From: Chiloscyllium plagiosum
Lineage: Eukaryota
Assembly: GCF_004010195.1 (NCBI RefSeq)
Contig: NC_057724.1
Coordinates: forward strand, 30,766,085-30,830,084
Direction: 5' to 3'
Length of the DNA: 64,000 nt
Position 1 is the stretch's first letter; each line of letters begins with the position of its first letter. A program made the translations under genes and the position numbers. Below, piece by piece: positions 53,646 through 64,000 of this stretch. The notes under the pieces are model-generated. The model was given only the letters and a program-made list of their open reading frames with translations, was not told the DNA's origin and searched no databases.

Positions 53646-54704
53646 TGAGTAAACAAACAGGAGGCTGGAAGAACACAGCAAGCCAGGCAGCATGAGCAAG
53701 TGGAGAAGTAGATGTTTTGGCTGTAACTCTTCTTTAGGAAGAGGGGTGGGAGTATGAGGAGCTGCAGATGAAGGAGGAGTGGGTGGGGGATGTGGAGAGG
53801 GGTTATGGATGGAAGAGTGGCGTAGTGGTGAAATACAACCTGGTTGGTCGATAGGAGGAATAATCAGATTGGTAGCTAGAGGGGGTCTGTTGGAGACGGA
53901 CCTGGAAAGGAAGTTGGGAGATGGGTGGGAAGGTGATTTGAAATTGGAGAACTCAATGTTGAGTCCTCTGGGCTGGTTGACTGCCCAGACAGAAGATGAG
54001 GTGTTGTTCCTCCAATTTGCAGTCTGATTCATTGGAGCAATGGAGGAGACAGAGGATGGACATGCGGAGAAAGCCCCAAACAGTCCTTCAGGTGAGACAG
54101 AGGTTCACCTGCCTCTCCTCCAACCTAGTTTATTGTATCCGGTGCTCCCAATGTGGTCTTCTCTACATCAATGAGACCAAATGTAAACTTAGGACATGTT
54201 GCGCCGAGCGCCTCAGCAGTGCCCACAAGGGCCAGCCTGACCTCCCTATCATCATCCATTTCAATATCCATTCCGACATGGACTCATCCATTGGCACAAT
54301 GAATCAGATTGCACATTAGAGGAACAACATATCATCTACCTGGGCAGCCAACATTGAGTTCTCCAATTTCAAATAACCTTCCCACCCATTCCCTGACATG
54401 CTTTCGAGCCCCACCTCCTCTCCTCCAACCATTTCCTTCTGCTACCAACCCGATTCATTCCTCCTATCGACCCACCAGATCATACCAACCACCTGTATCC
54501 CTACTTCACCACTTTGTCCCCTCCCCACCCATAACCCTTCATGTCCCCTTTATCTGCAGGTCCACCTACCCCCACCCCCATTCCTGAAGAACGGTTATAT
54601 CCGAAAGTCAACTTCTCTATCTCCTGATGTTGCCTGGCTTGCTGTGTTCTTCCAGCCTTCTGCTGGTTTACTTTGGACTTGGGCATCTGTAGTTTTTTTG
54701 GTCA
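53646..54704. mobile_element. Fold-back Penelope element in NSDHL intron 1
   Basis: Inverted arms (~53650-54060 vs ~54300-54670), GIY-YIG FTCLSSNLVYCIRCSQCGLLYINET, degenerate hammerhead 54584-54609, TSD GTATATCTGTA at 53635-53645 / 54705-54715. Confidence 0.85.
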
Positions 54705-54764
54705 GTATATCTGTAACTTTCTCCAAATTTGGTGGAAGCTTGTGGACCTGAAGGATTAAATGCT

Positions 54765-54791
<27 letters not shown>
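54765..54791. repeat. (CT)n microsatellite
   Basis: Perfect dinucleotide run. Confidence 0.95.
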
Positions 54792-54795
<4 letters not shown>

Positions 54796-54983
54796 TCCTG
54801 AACATTTCCAGCATTTTGTGTTTTTTTTTTAAGTGAAGACACCTACCTGGTAGGTGATTACCATTACAACGTAGTGTGCACAACTACATCGATACCTCCC
54901 CATTCTTTGCGTATCCAAATAAAACCTCCATCCCTCGCGATATGACATTGCGTTATCTGAAACGCAGCCCGCTAAATGCTCAC

Positions 54984-55001
54984 CCTCAAACGAGTGGCCA
55001 T
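54984..55001 (-). CDS. NSDHL: NSDHL coding exon 1 (MATRLR)
   Basis: GAGATGG Kozak context, AGG|GTGAGC donor, phase 0 matches the next exon; a short MATR.R start is typical of non-mammalian NSDHL. Confidence 0.85.
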
Positions 55002-55300
55002 CTCCCAGTAGCAGTATCTCCTCGGAGATTTCACAGAGTAAAAGACACAGAGACACAACCGACGATTCCAAAGCTCCACCTCTTCAACATCATTGACAAA
55101 AGTAATCCTGTCTCTAATTGGTCGACATATCACTACGCGACATAACGTTACCTGGGTGACACATTCACCCTCCAATCAGATTATCGTATGACCATGGGCC
55201 GGTGATGGCACGTGAAGCAGTGGCCAATCAGAATGGGGTTTCGTATCAAATACGGGATATCCATTTTCCAGGTCAATCTGATCCGTGGGCCGGGAAAAAA
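55002..55300 (-). promoter_or_regulatory. NSDHL proximal promoter / 5'UTR (CCAAT x3, E-box, SRE-like sites, X-box)
   Basis: Locally CpG-rich; ATTGG 55117, CCAAT 55172 and 55224; CACGTG 55209-55214; GTTACCTGGGTGAC 55147-55160; TCAC half-sites. Confidence 0.7.
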
Positions 55301-55336
55301 TAAACAAAAAAACTGTGGATGCTAACAATCAGCCAC

Positions 55337-55507
55337 AAAAACAGGAATTGCTGGGAAAGCTCAGCAGTCTGGCAGCATCTGTGCAGAGAAAGCTGCGTTA
55401 ACGTTTCACTTCTGAAAAAGGGTCAAGGGACCCAAATCGTTAACTCTTTTCTTTCCACAGATGTTGCCAGGTCTGCTGAGTTTTACCATCATTTTCTGCT
55501 TTTGTTG
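55337..55507. mobile_element. Palindromic pLTR-derived mini element next to the NSDHL promoter
   Basis: CTCAGCAG.CTGGCAGCATCTGTG...GTTAACG inverted as CGTTAAC...CACAGATGTTGCCAGGTCTGCTGAG; related pieces at 14297-14383 and 63185-63277. Confidence 0.65.
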
Positions 55508-55840
55508 TTGATGAATGGTCAGGTCCCGCATTGCTGCGAATAAAAGCAAGACATCACTAAAACCAACGATATGAAATAAAAACAGAACGTTCTGGAGAAA
55601 ATGAACAGGTCAGACAGCATCCAGAAAAATGCACTCAAAACATTAACTTTGTTTCACTCCTCACAGCTGAGTTTCTTCACATTTCTAAGCATCAGTTCAG
55701 AAAAGTATATTTGAGATAAAACTCAAGTTATTCAGATTTTGCACTATTTTGTATTGGCTATTGATGGTCTTATTAGACATGAGCTGCAAATATGTGGGAC
55801 TTGAGCCTAACAAATGACAAAACAAATACAGCAGGACATT

Positions 55841-55939
55841 CAAAGTTAAAAATCACACAACACCAGGTCATAGTCCAACAGGTTTAATTGGAAGCACACT
55901 AGCTTTCGAAGCGTCGCTCCTTCATCAGGTGGTTGTGAT
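55841..55939 (-). mobile_element. ~100-bp pLTR-like element carrying an intact hammerhead
   Basis: Family also at ~33110-33186 and ~17324-17426; TSD CAGGAC(A/G)TT at 55832-55840 / 55940-55948. Confidence 0.75.
55897..55931 (-). ncRNA. Minimal hammerhead ribozyme motif, different family
   Basis: CAC-CTGATGA-A-GGAGC(GAC)GCTTC-GAAA-GC-TA^GTG: intact core, stem I CAC/GTG, palindromic AGCT stem III, CUA triplet. Confidence 0.78.
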
Positions 55940-57169
55940 CAGGACGTTTTGCCTTTTAATTAGCAAAAGAAAAGGAAGGGGGACAAAGGATAGGATGCAT
56001 ATTTTCATAGGTCAATTCCCTTCACACTATTTTCTGCAATTTGTCTTAAATTGTTCTATCAAAGAATATCTCCACACATATGAGATTTGAACCCAGATCT
56101 TCTGAATTAGAGATAGGCATAGAAGACGTTATATGTTACATTATATCGCGAAAAAAGCAAGCCACTAATAACTTTAAACATCTATGCCTTTTGGTGGACC
56201 TTTTGGATGTAATATTTGAACGTGTGCAAAATGAATTACCTCTGACCAACATCACTGTCAGAATTGAAATGTTATCGGTGACTGGCATATTTTGAGTATG
56301 AACTGGGTGTATTTAATCTTTGGTGATTACACCAACTCGAACACTTTCAGCAGTAGGGTGTTTTATTTTGTAAAAAGCTAAAAAAGAACATTTAGTATAT
56401 CACCATTTTAAAAAAGCTCTCATCTCACTTGCTGGACCAATACATATTATCAATCACACAGATACAGATGAGGGAGCCTCTGCACACATGTACAAACAAA
56501 AACAAATTGGTGTTATGGGTGAAGAGAAAAATACTGGGAAACCACAGTTCAATACCACCAGTGGGTAGCCTTTGAAATTGTGCTCCTTTTGCCAAGATCT
56601 TCAGTTCTTTGATCCCCTTTTTCCACATTATGTCACTTTGCAGAAGCCACAAAACAGTTTTTACACTAGTTACTGGTGAAAGGCAACAATAAAGCAACTC
56701 GTGGGAGAAAATAACTGGTTTACGTCAGGTACTTTTGTTACAGTGGGGAATACTTGATACAGAATCTGTGTCAGCAGTCACGCGGCTTAACCCCCAATTG
56801 ATAGTGTTGATGTTTGGTTTAAGTTATTTCATAGACTGAAGCATACTCCTTACCAAGATTATTGCAGAATAAGCAGCAGACAGTATGGTTTCTCATGGCC
56901 CCACAATTCGTGAACCTAATCCAGCGTTTTCCTTCTTCGCGTGGGATCATTTCATGCAGAGTTTGGACAGTGGGGGCGGCAGGGAGGGAAACTCTTGCTA
57001 ACACTGACATGGATGGAGGAAGACTTTATGGGTCATTCCACGATTTACTGGTAAGGACTTAATCTAGGATGGACGGTAGCTGAAATACTCAACAGGTCAG
57101 AATGGAATGATGAGGGGAAACTCGCACAAACCCTCTTCATCCAACTTCCCCTATACCTCCTCCTCACTG

Positions 57170-57485
57170 TCACAAGTCGAAGCCGTCAACGGTAATGACA
57201 CATACGTCACTGACATGGCCAATCAGAACGAGCAGGCTGGAGACACTAGCTAATCGGCGTTGTCCAGGCGAGGGACTCGATGTTCTATTGGTGAATATTC
57301 AGGTAGGGCCCGCCCACCGGCACTGGTGACTGACGGGTAGCCGCGGCCGATGGGAAGGCCGCTTTTGGAGTGTGATTGGTTGACCGGTTGCTATGGTGCT
57401 TGGTTAGGGTAGCCGGAGCGTCTGGAAATGCGATAGCCGAGGGATTGCAAACCTGTTCTCAACATATTGTCCAGAGTGAGTGGAA
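57170..57485 (+). promoter_or_regulatory. CpG-rich promoter of a divergent plus-strand gene
   Basis: CCAAT/ATTGG at ~57219, ~57287, ~57375; GC box CCCGCCC ~57309; CRE half-sites CGTCA/TGACG; X-box core GTTGCTATGG 57387-57396. Confidence 0.75.
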
Positions 57486-57497
57486 ATGGCTGCCAAG
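57486..57497 (+). CDS. Probable first coding exon (MAAK) of the divergent gene; CETN2 is a candidate by synteny only
   Basis: GAAATGG Kozak context followed by a consensus AAG|GTGAGT donor just downstream of the promoter; no further exon recognised before 64000. Confidence 0.45.
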
Positions 57498-58891
57498 GTG
57501 AGTGGAAGATATTCTGACCGGTACGTCAAAACATTCCCGGGAAAACCGCTTTCAAATGACAGGTGAATAGTGAGAGAATTATAAGGGGCTGCGAATTTTG
57601 CCGGTGTGGGTGTGTATTTCGGAGTGACAGTTAGGAATCGGGTAAAATGGGAGGGAGTCGGATCGTAAAGACCTAATTTGGGGCTTGGGCACCCTAAAGC
57701 AAAGGCAGAAGGTAGGGCGATAAATGAATGCACTATCGACTGTATTTAACATAGCACTTAAAGGGGCTTGGGTGCGGTTCGATTTCTACACCACTGTCGC
57801 GCGCACACAGATTGAGCAAGAATAGACAGGATTTTAACCCTGAACCTCGTTTCTAACACATGGCAGATAATTTACTTTCTTTGGAATCATCTCAACGTAA
57901 ACTAATGAAGGTTAAAATCACAGTTCTGCTGTTGGTCTCGCTGTGTATAAGATGACAGGAACAGAAGTGAATGCTTAATTAGCTAATTAACTGACACTTT
58001 TTAAAGAGTATGATGACTTGGGTGCTGAATGCTCTAATAATTATGAGTTAATAGATCATCATGAACACATACACATTTGATGATCGAGCAAAACACTAAA
58101 TATTCACGATTGAATTTTGGACCAAGCACATACGTTTAATTGTTTAAATTGTAACCTGGCACTACTGATCTTAGGTGATTTTAGTGTGCAAAGATCTGCT
58201 AAGTTCTAGACTGCTGGTGATGATCTCAATCTGCATTGGGTTGGTTAAATTTTGTCTGAAGATGTTGCTGTAAAGTGGCCTAAAATATACGATGCCATTT
58301 AGATGCCATTTTCCACAACCATAAAGGAAATATCAATTGTGTTTTCATTGTAAAATCAACATAAGATTGTTGCAGACACAACTGAGGAACTGATTAGGTG
58401 ATCGAATTGGAAGAGTCCATAGATTGTACTTGTTTTTGAGCTGACAAACCTAAAACCCTTATTTACTGTCTCATTTAATCTAATTCTGCCACATTCTGAC
58501 AGGTTTCTTATGATAACTTGGTCTTTGTAAGACTTGAGGTATTATTTACAATTAGGGTGCTAATTTTACGGTTGAATTACAGGTCCAGTGGCTCAAAATT
58601 GGATATCTCCAGACCAAGATCCTTCTAAATTTTGTCTTTGGGATGGCCCAGGCATGGAGAGTGTTGAGGGAATGTTTTCTGAAATAAAGTTTGCAAAGGG
58701 GCAATTATGAAAGAAATAGAGATAATGCTGCAGGATAAACTGGGAAATTCTTTGGAGTTACTACTGTTAATGGTGTTTTTGTGGAAGTGTGGCAGAAGTT
58801 CTGTTTATGCATGTAAACGGGGTACCTGTTGCAGTTCAATAAATTTTTGGTGGTAGAGTGGGAGTAGCTGCAAGAAATTTCCCAGATATCC

Positions 58892-59390
58892 AGTTAAATG
58901 AAAGGGTTCAGAAAAGATTTACAAGGATGTTGCCAAGGTTGGATGATCTGAGCTACAGGGAGAGACTGAACAGGCTGGGGCTGTTTTCCCTGGAGCGTCG
59001 GAGGCTGAGGGGAGACCTTATAGAGGTTTACAAAATTATGAGGAGCATTAATAGGATAAATAGACAAAGTCTTTTCCCTGGCGTTGGGGAGTCCAGAACT
59101 AGAGGGCATAGGTTTAGGGTGAGATGGGAAAGATATAAAAGAGACCTAAGGGGCAACTTTTTCACACAGAGGGTGGTACGTGTATGGAATGAGCTGCCAG
59201 AGGATGTGGTGGAGGCTGGTACAATTGCAACATTTAAGAGGCATTTGGATGGGTAAATGAATAGGAAGGGTTTGGAGGGATATGGGCCGGGTGCTGGCAG
59301 GTGGGACTAGATTGGGTTGGGATATCTGGTCGGCATGGACAGGTTGGACCGAAGGGTCTGTTACCATGCTGTACATCTCTATGACTCTAT
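58892..59390 (+). mobile_element. CR1 family-A 3' fragment (young)
   Basis: Uninterrupted ERVQKRFTRMLP...RVVRVWNELPEDVVEAGTIATFKRHLDG frame and tail. Confidence 0.92.
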
Positions 59391-60461
59391 ATTGATAAGG
59401 AAAGAAAGTCAGGTGATGACAGCAATAAAAAGTCCTGTTTACGAATATTGCAGTTTCTGTACAGACGGATGTGAAGCATTTTCTGTACAGTTGTCATAGG
59501 GCATATGACAGAGAAATTGTTTAAGGATGTCTTTGCTAAATTTGTTGTCATGGCTGAAATAGAGTTTCAGTTTAAATGTGTATTGATTTCTGATGGTTGC
59601 ACAGCATTTAGGAGTCATATTTTTCATTCATGAATGTGGTCAATATGTATTGCCTACCCATAACTGCGCTAGAGAAGAGGGTGAGTGGCTTTTTTGAACT
59701 GCTAGCAGTCCTCAGCACACCGGCAGTGCTCTGAGGAAGGCGGTTCCAGGATTTTAACCGTGGGACAATGAAGGAATAGCAAGTGACTTCATTAGGATTG
59801 CAGTTGTCTGCAGGTTGATGACAGGTGGTCTGTACAGTTTCATTCCTTTTCTTGAGCATTGTAGCAACTTGATACAAGTAGGTCTGAGTCAAAGGTCAGC
59901 CAGATGAGGTAAAGGCACTTCTCTTCCTTCCTGAGAGGGTGTTAGTTACATGGGGATTTGTTTTACACAATAATCAACAATGGTTTAATTAGACTATTAA
60001 TACGAGCTTTATTCATTAAATTCAAACTTCACCAGTTGCCATCATGGAATTTGAATCCATGTCTCTTGATCATTAGCCTAGGCCTCTGGATTACTAGTCC
60101 AGTGTATTTCTCCTATGCCACCATCTTCCCTAATTTTGAAAGGTTTGCAGCATCAGTTCAGTTTTCATCTCTTCAATTCCTTTTCAAATGTGGTCTTTGC
60201 AATATTGAACTTGTTCTAAGCACAACAACTCACCTACTTGTATATATCCAGCTAAAAATGGGAAAGAAATGCCTGATGGGTAGACTTGGAGAGTTTCTGA
60301 GAAAATACTAAATGTTTAACAAATATTAAATTGACAAATTGGACAAACAATCAAGGTAGTGCTATCACATGCCACAATTTTAAAACAAATGTGTGAGAAA
60401 GGAGGATACAGAGATAGTCAGCAGCTCCTAAAAGAATGAGGAGGAACCTGTGCTTTGGAAC

Positions 60462-60773
60462 TCATAGAATCCCCATAGTATGGAAGCAGGCCATTCGGCC
60501 CAACAAATCCACACCAACTCTCTGGACCTAAACCATAACCCTGCATTTCCAATAGCTAACGCACTTAATCTACACATCCCTGAAAACTATAGGTAATTTA
60601 ACATGGCCAATCCACCTAACTTGCACATCTTTGGACTGGGGAAGGAAACCAGAGCCAGTGGCAGAAACCTATGTAGACATAGGGAGAACATGTAAACTCC
60701 ACACAAACAGTAAACCACAGCTGGAAATGGATCCATGGTGCTGTAAGGCAGCAATGTTGACCACTGTGCCACC
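60462..60773 (-). mobile_element. HE1-type V-SINE, diverged
   Basis: CATGGCCAATCCACCTAAC.TGCACATCTTTGGACTG...CCACTGTGCCACC. Confidence 0.8.
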
Positions 60774-60903
60774 CAAATAGCACAAGAGTGTGGAGAAGCA
60801 GCTTCGTAAAGATAGAGTGGGTTCAGAATCTTCTCTTACAATGTACGAAAGTGGGACCAACAGCTTGATAACGAGTGATCAATTGTTCCAAAAATATACT
60901 TCA

Positions 60904-61326
60904 CTTAGCGGGTTTTGAGAAGATTTGTAGCTCAGGTTGAGGTTCTGGATGTAGGTTTGCTTGCTGAGCTGGAAGGTTTGTTTTCAGACGTTTCGTTACC
61001 ATACTAGGTAACATTGTTAGTGAGCCTCTGAATGAAGCACTGGTGGTGTAGCCCGCTTTCTATTTGTATGTTTGAATTTCCTTTGGATGGTGACATCATT
61101 TCCTATGGTGATGTAATTTCTTGTTCCTTTTCTCGGGGGGTGGGGGGTGGTAAATGGGATCCAAGTCAATGTGTTTGTTGACAAAGCTCCAGTTGAGAAT
61201 TCCTAGAAGCGTGGCATTCCATGGCACCACCAGTGCTTCATTCGGAGACTCGTTGAAGATGTTACCTAGTACAGAGACAAAACATCTGAAAATGAACCTT
61301 CCAGCTCAGCGAGAAAACCTGCATCC
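60904..61326. mobile_element. Fold-back Penelope pLTR element
   Basis: Arms ~60945-61050 / ~61225-61326 with two decayed hammerheads; TSD ATATACTTCA at 60894-60903 / 61327-61336. Confidence 0.85.
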
Positions 61327-62859
61327 ATATACTTCAGTATGAATGCAAAATGTGCTACTGGTACTTAACTAACGGAAAACAAGTATTGAATACTGTGCAA
61401 TAATTATATCTACAGTATAAACTCCATCAACTTATCAGAATTTTATGTCATTCTACGATAAACAGAGCAGTTGTACAAACTAAGAATATGAAAACTTGTC
61501 ACAAAAGTCACAGTGCATTGCATGGTGTTAACGAGCCATGTGTCCAGAGTTTGTTGCGAATTGGCCGATTTTAGCGAAGCGTTAGTGGGCTTGACTGCTA
61601 TTTATTCCTTCATCATATGTGGGAATTGCTGTTAAAGATCAGCATTTAGCTCTCTTCCTAGAAGCACTACAGCCTGTGCAGTGAAGTTACAGACACAGTT
61701 ATAAGAAAGGGAGTTCCTGGACTTCTCTTTTTTTAAACAGTAATTCAAGAACATCGATGTATTTCAAAATCAGGTTATTGTTTAATTTTGAGGGCAACTT
61801 GTTGGTGTTTCCGTGCTCCTGCTGATGGTATTTTTCTAGGTGAGATGCTGTCAAATAAGTCTTGATATTGAAAAAAAAATCAAATAGCTGAGGAAACTGT
61901 GAGAGTTTGATGTGGCTAATAATCCATTCCAGGAGAAGTAATGAGTTGCTTCAATGCATGTTGCACGTAACAGTTATTGCAACTACAGTGCACTGGTGGT
62001 GGAGAGAGTGAATAATGTGGATGAGGTATCAGTCACTCGGGTGATTTTGTTCTGGATGATGCTGAGTTTCTTAAGGTATTGATAGAAATGTACTCATCCA
62101 GGGAAGTGAAGAGTATTCCCTAACATTTCTGACTAGTGCTTTACAGTATAGAAAATAGGAGCAGGAGTAGGGGAGGAGAGTGGAGTCAGAACCTTCTCCT
62201 ACAAGCTCTGCTACTCAATGTTATCATGACTGATCTCTGTCAACATCGTACTCTCTCCCCACACCCTGTTTGACATTTCTATCCCTCAGATCAGAATAGA
62301 TAGATAGGCTTTGGGGAGCATGAGGTGAGCTACTCAGCATAGAATATTCTATGACCAATTCCTGTAGAAAAATGGCTTGTATGATGGGTCCAGTTAAGTT
62401 TCTCGTCAATTGTACCCTCAGTATGTTGATGGTGGGCGATTTGGTACTGGCAATGCTATTGAATGTAAAGGGGTAATGGCTACATTCCCTTGTTGTAAAT
62501 AGTCGTTGCCTGACATATGTATGATGTGAATTTTACTTGCCACTTTTATTAACCTATTTGTCCAATCAACCTATTCAGAGGTGTTACAAATCTCTGGAGC
62601 AGGTGGGACTTGAACCTGGATCACTCGGTAACTGTTTGCCACTTATTAGCCCAAGCCTGTTAGCCAGGACTTGTATGTGGGGAAAAGAACACTTGGTGTC
62701 ATTAATTTCACTGTTACTATGGCTTATTGATACCATACTTGGTTAAATGCTGCCTTGATGAGGAGGGCAGTCACTCTCGTCTCACCCTAGAATTCAGCAC
62801 CTTTGATTATTTTTAGGCCAAGACTATATTGAGGATTGAAGCTAGAAGTTCAAATAGGA

Positions 62860-64000
62860 GGCTACAAAAATATAAAGCTAAGTTTAGTGAGAGGGCAAAG
62901 ATCTGGCAAATTGAATGGAATGTGGGAAAATGTGGAATTGTTTATTTAGGTCGGAAGAATAAAAAAATGAAGCATATTGTCTAATTGGTGAAAGGATGCA
63001 GAACAACTGCCAATCCTAGTGCATGATGCAGAAAAAATAGTGTGCAGGTACAGCAAGTCATTAGGAAAGCTAATAGAATTTTATCATTTGTTGCAAAGGG
63101 AACAGAATACAAATAAGGCAGATATGCCTCAGTTATACGGGGCATTAGTGAGACCAGATCTGGACTACTGTTGGTCTCAAACACAAATTGAAATTGCTGG
63201 AAAAGCTCAGCAGGTCTGGCAGAATCTATGAAGAGAAATCGGAGTCAACATTTCGGATCCAGTGACTCTTCCTCAGTACATGTCAGTTTTTAAATGCATT
63301 GGAAACAGTTCAGAAAAGATTTACTGGACTAATACCTAAAATGAGAGAAAGTGAGGAGTGCAGATGTTGGAGACTCAGTGTCGAAAAGTGTGGCGCTGGA
63401 AACGCACACAGGCCAAGCAGCAACCGAGGAGCAGGAGAGTCAACGTTTTGGGCATAAGATTTTCATCAGGAATGTTGGGGGTGTGGGGGGGAGCTGAGAA
63501 ATAAATAGGAGGTTAGGGGTGGGGCTGGGGGAAAGTTAGCTGGGAAGGCGATAGGTGGATGCAGGTGAGGGGTGATCGTGGTAGGTTGGTGGGGAGGATG
63601 GAGTGGACAGGTGGGAAGGAAGATGGACAGGTGGGACAGTCAAGAGGGCAGTGCCAAGTTGGAGGGTTGGATCTGGGATGAGTTTGGGGGAAGGCGAAAT
63701 TTGGAAACTTATGAAGTCGACGTTGATGTCATGTGGTTGAAGGGTCCTAAGGCAAAATATGAGGCGTTCTTCCTCCAGGCATAGGCCTGGATTTGGCAGT
63801 GGAGGAGGCCCAGGACTTGCATGTCCATTGTGGAGTGGGAGGGGGAGTTGAAGTGGTCAGCCACATGGCAGTGGGGTTGTTGGGTGCGTGTGTCTCAGAG
63901 ATATTCCCTGAAGCACTCCGCGAGTTGGCTTTCCGTATCCCAGTGTAGAGCAGACTACATCGAAAGCCAGGACACAGTAGATAAGGTTGGTGGATGTGCA
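62860..64000. mobile_element. CR1-B fragment (+, 62860-63340) interrupted by pLTR pieces, then a Penelope 3' end (-, 63341-64000)
   Basis: LYGALVRPDLDYC motif; GAGAAAGTGAGG..TGCAGATG pLTR start and reverse GIY-YIG region. Confidence 0.75.

Noticed and set aside
55021-55152. Possible NSDHL 5'UTR intron (CAG|GTAACG ... CCGAG)
   Set aside because: The acceptor is atypical and the donor coincides with the X-box amid promoter motifs; it cannot be supported without transcripts.
57500-64000. Centrin (CETN2) EF-hand coding exons
   Set aside because: No EEQKQEIREAFDLFD-like sequence found, so no gene symbol assigned.

Overview
Vertebrate genomic DNA; the repeat complement (HE1-type V-SINEs, abundant CR1-clade LINEs, Penelope-like elements) points to a shark or other elasmobranch. 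Genes: (1) six coding exons of a SLAIN-family microtubule plus-end protein on the minus strand (CpG-island start ~32.7 kb, gene continues past the left edge), probably the third 'SLAIN-like' paralog; (2) a complete 7-coding-exon NSDHL on the minus strand (55001->43364, 344 aa); (3) the promoter and probable first coding exon (MAAK|GT) of a divergent plus-strand gene at ~57.2-57.5 kb, possibly CETN2 by synteny (unproven). Much of the remainder is transposon-derived, often nested. Most notable observations: minimal hammerhead ribozymes in at least three Penelope families, most in fold-back insertions with 7-12 bp target-site duplications; a cluster of five RBFOX (UGCAUG) motifs after SLAIN exon 3; a four-ATG uORF before the SLAIN start; a LINE tail abutting an NSDHL splice donor; and tandem splice donors flanking the divergent gene's ATG. 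Exon borders were read base by base; repeat borders are approximate and family names come from recognition, not database searches.
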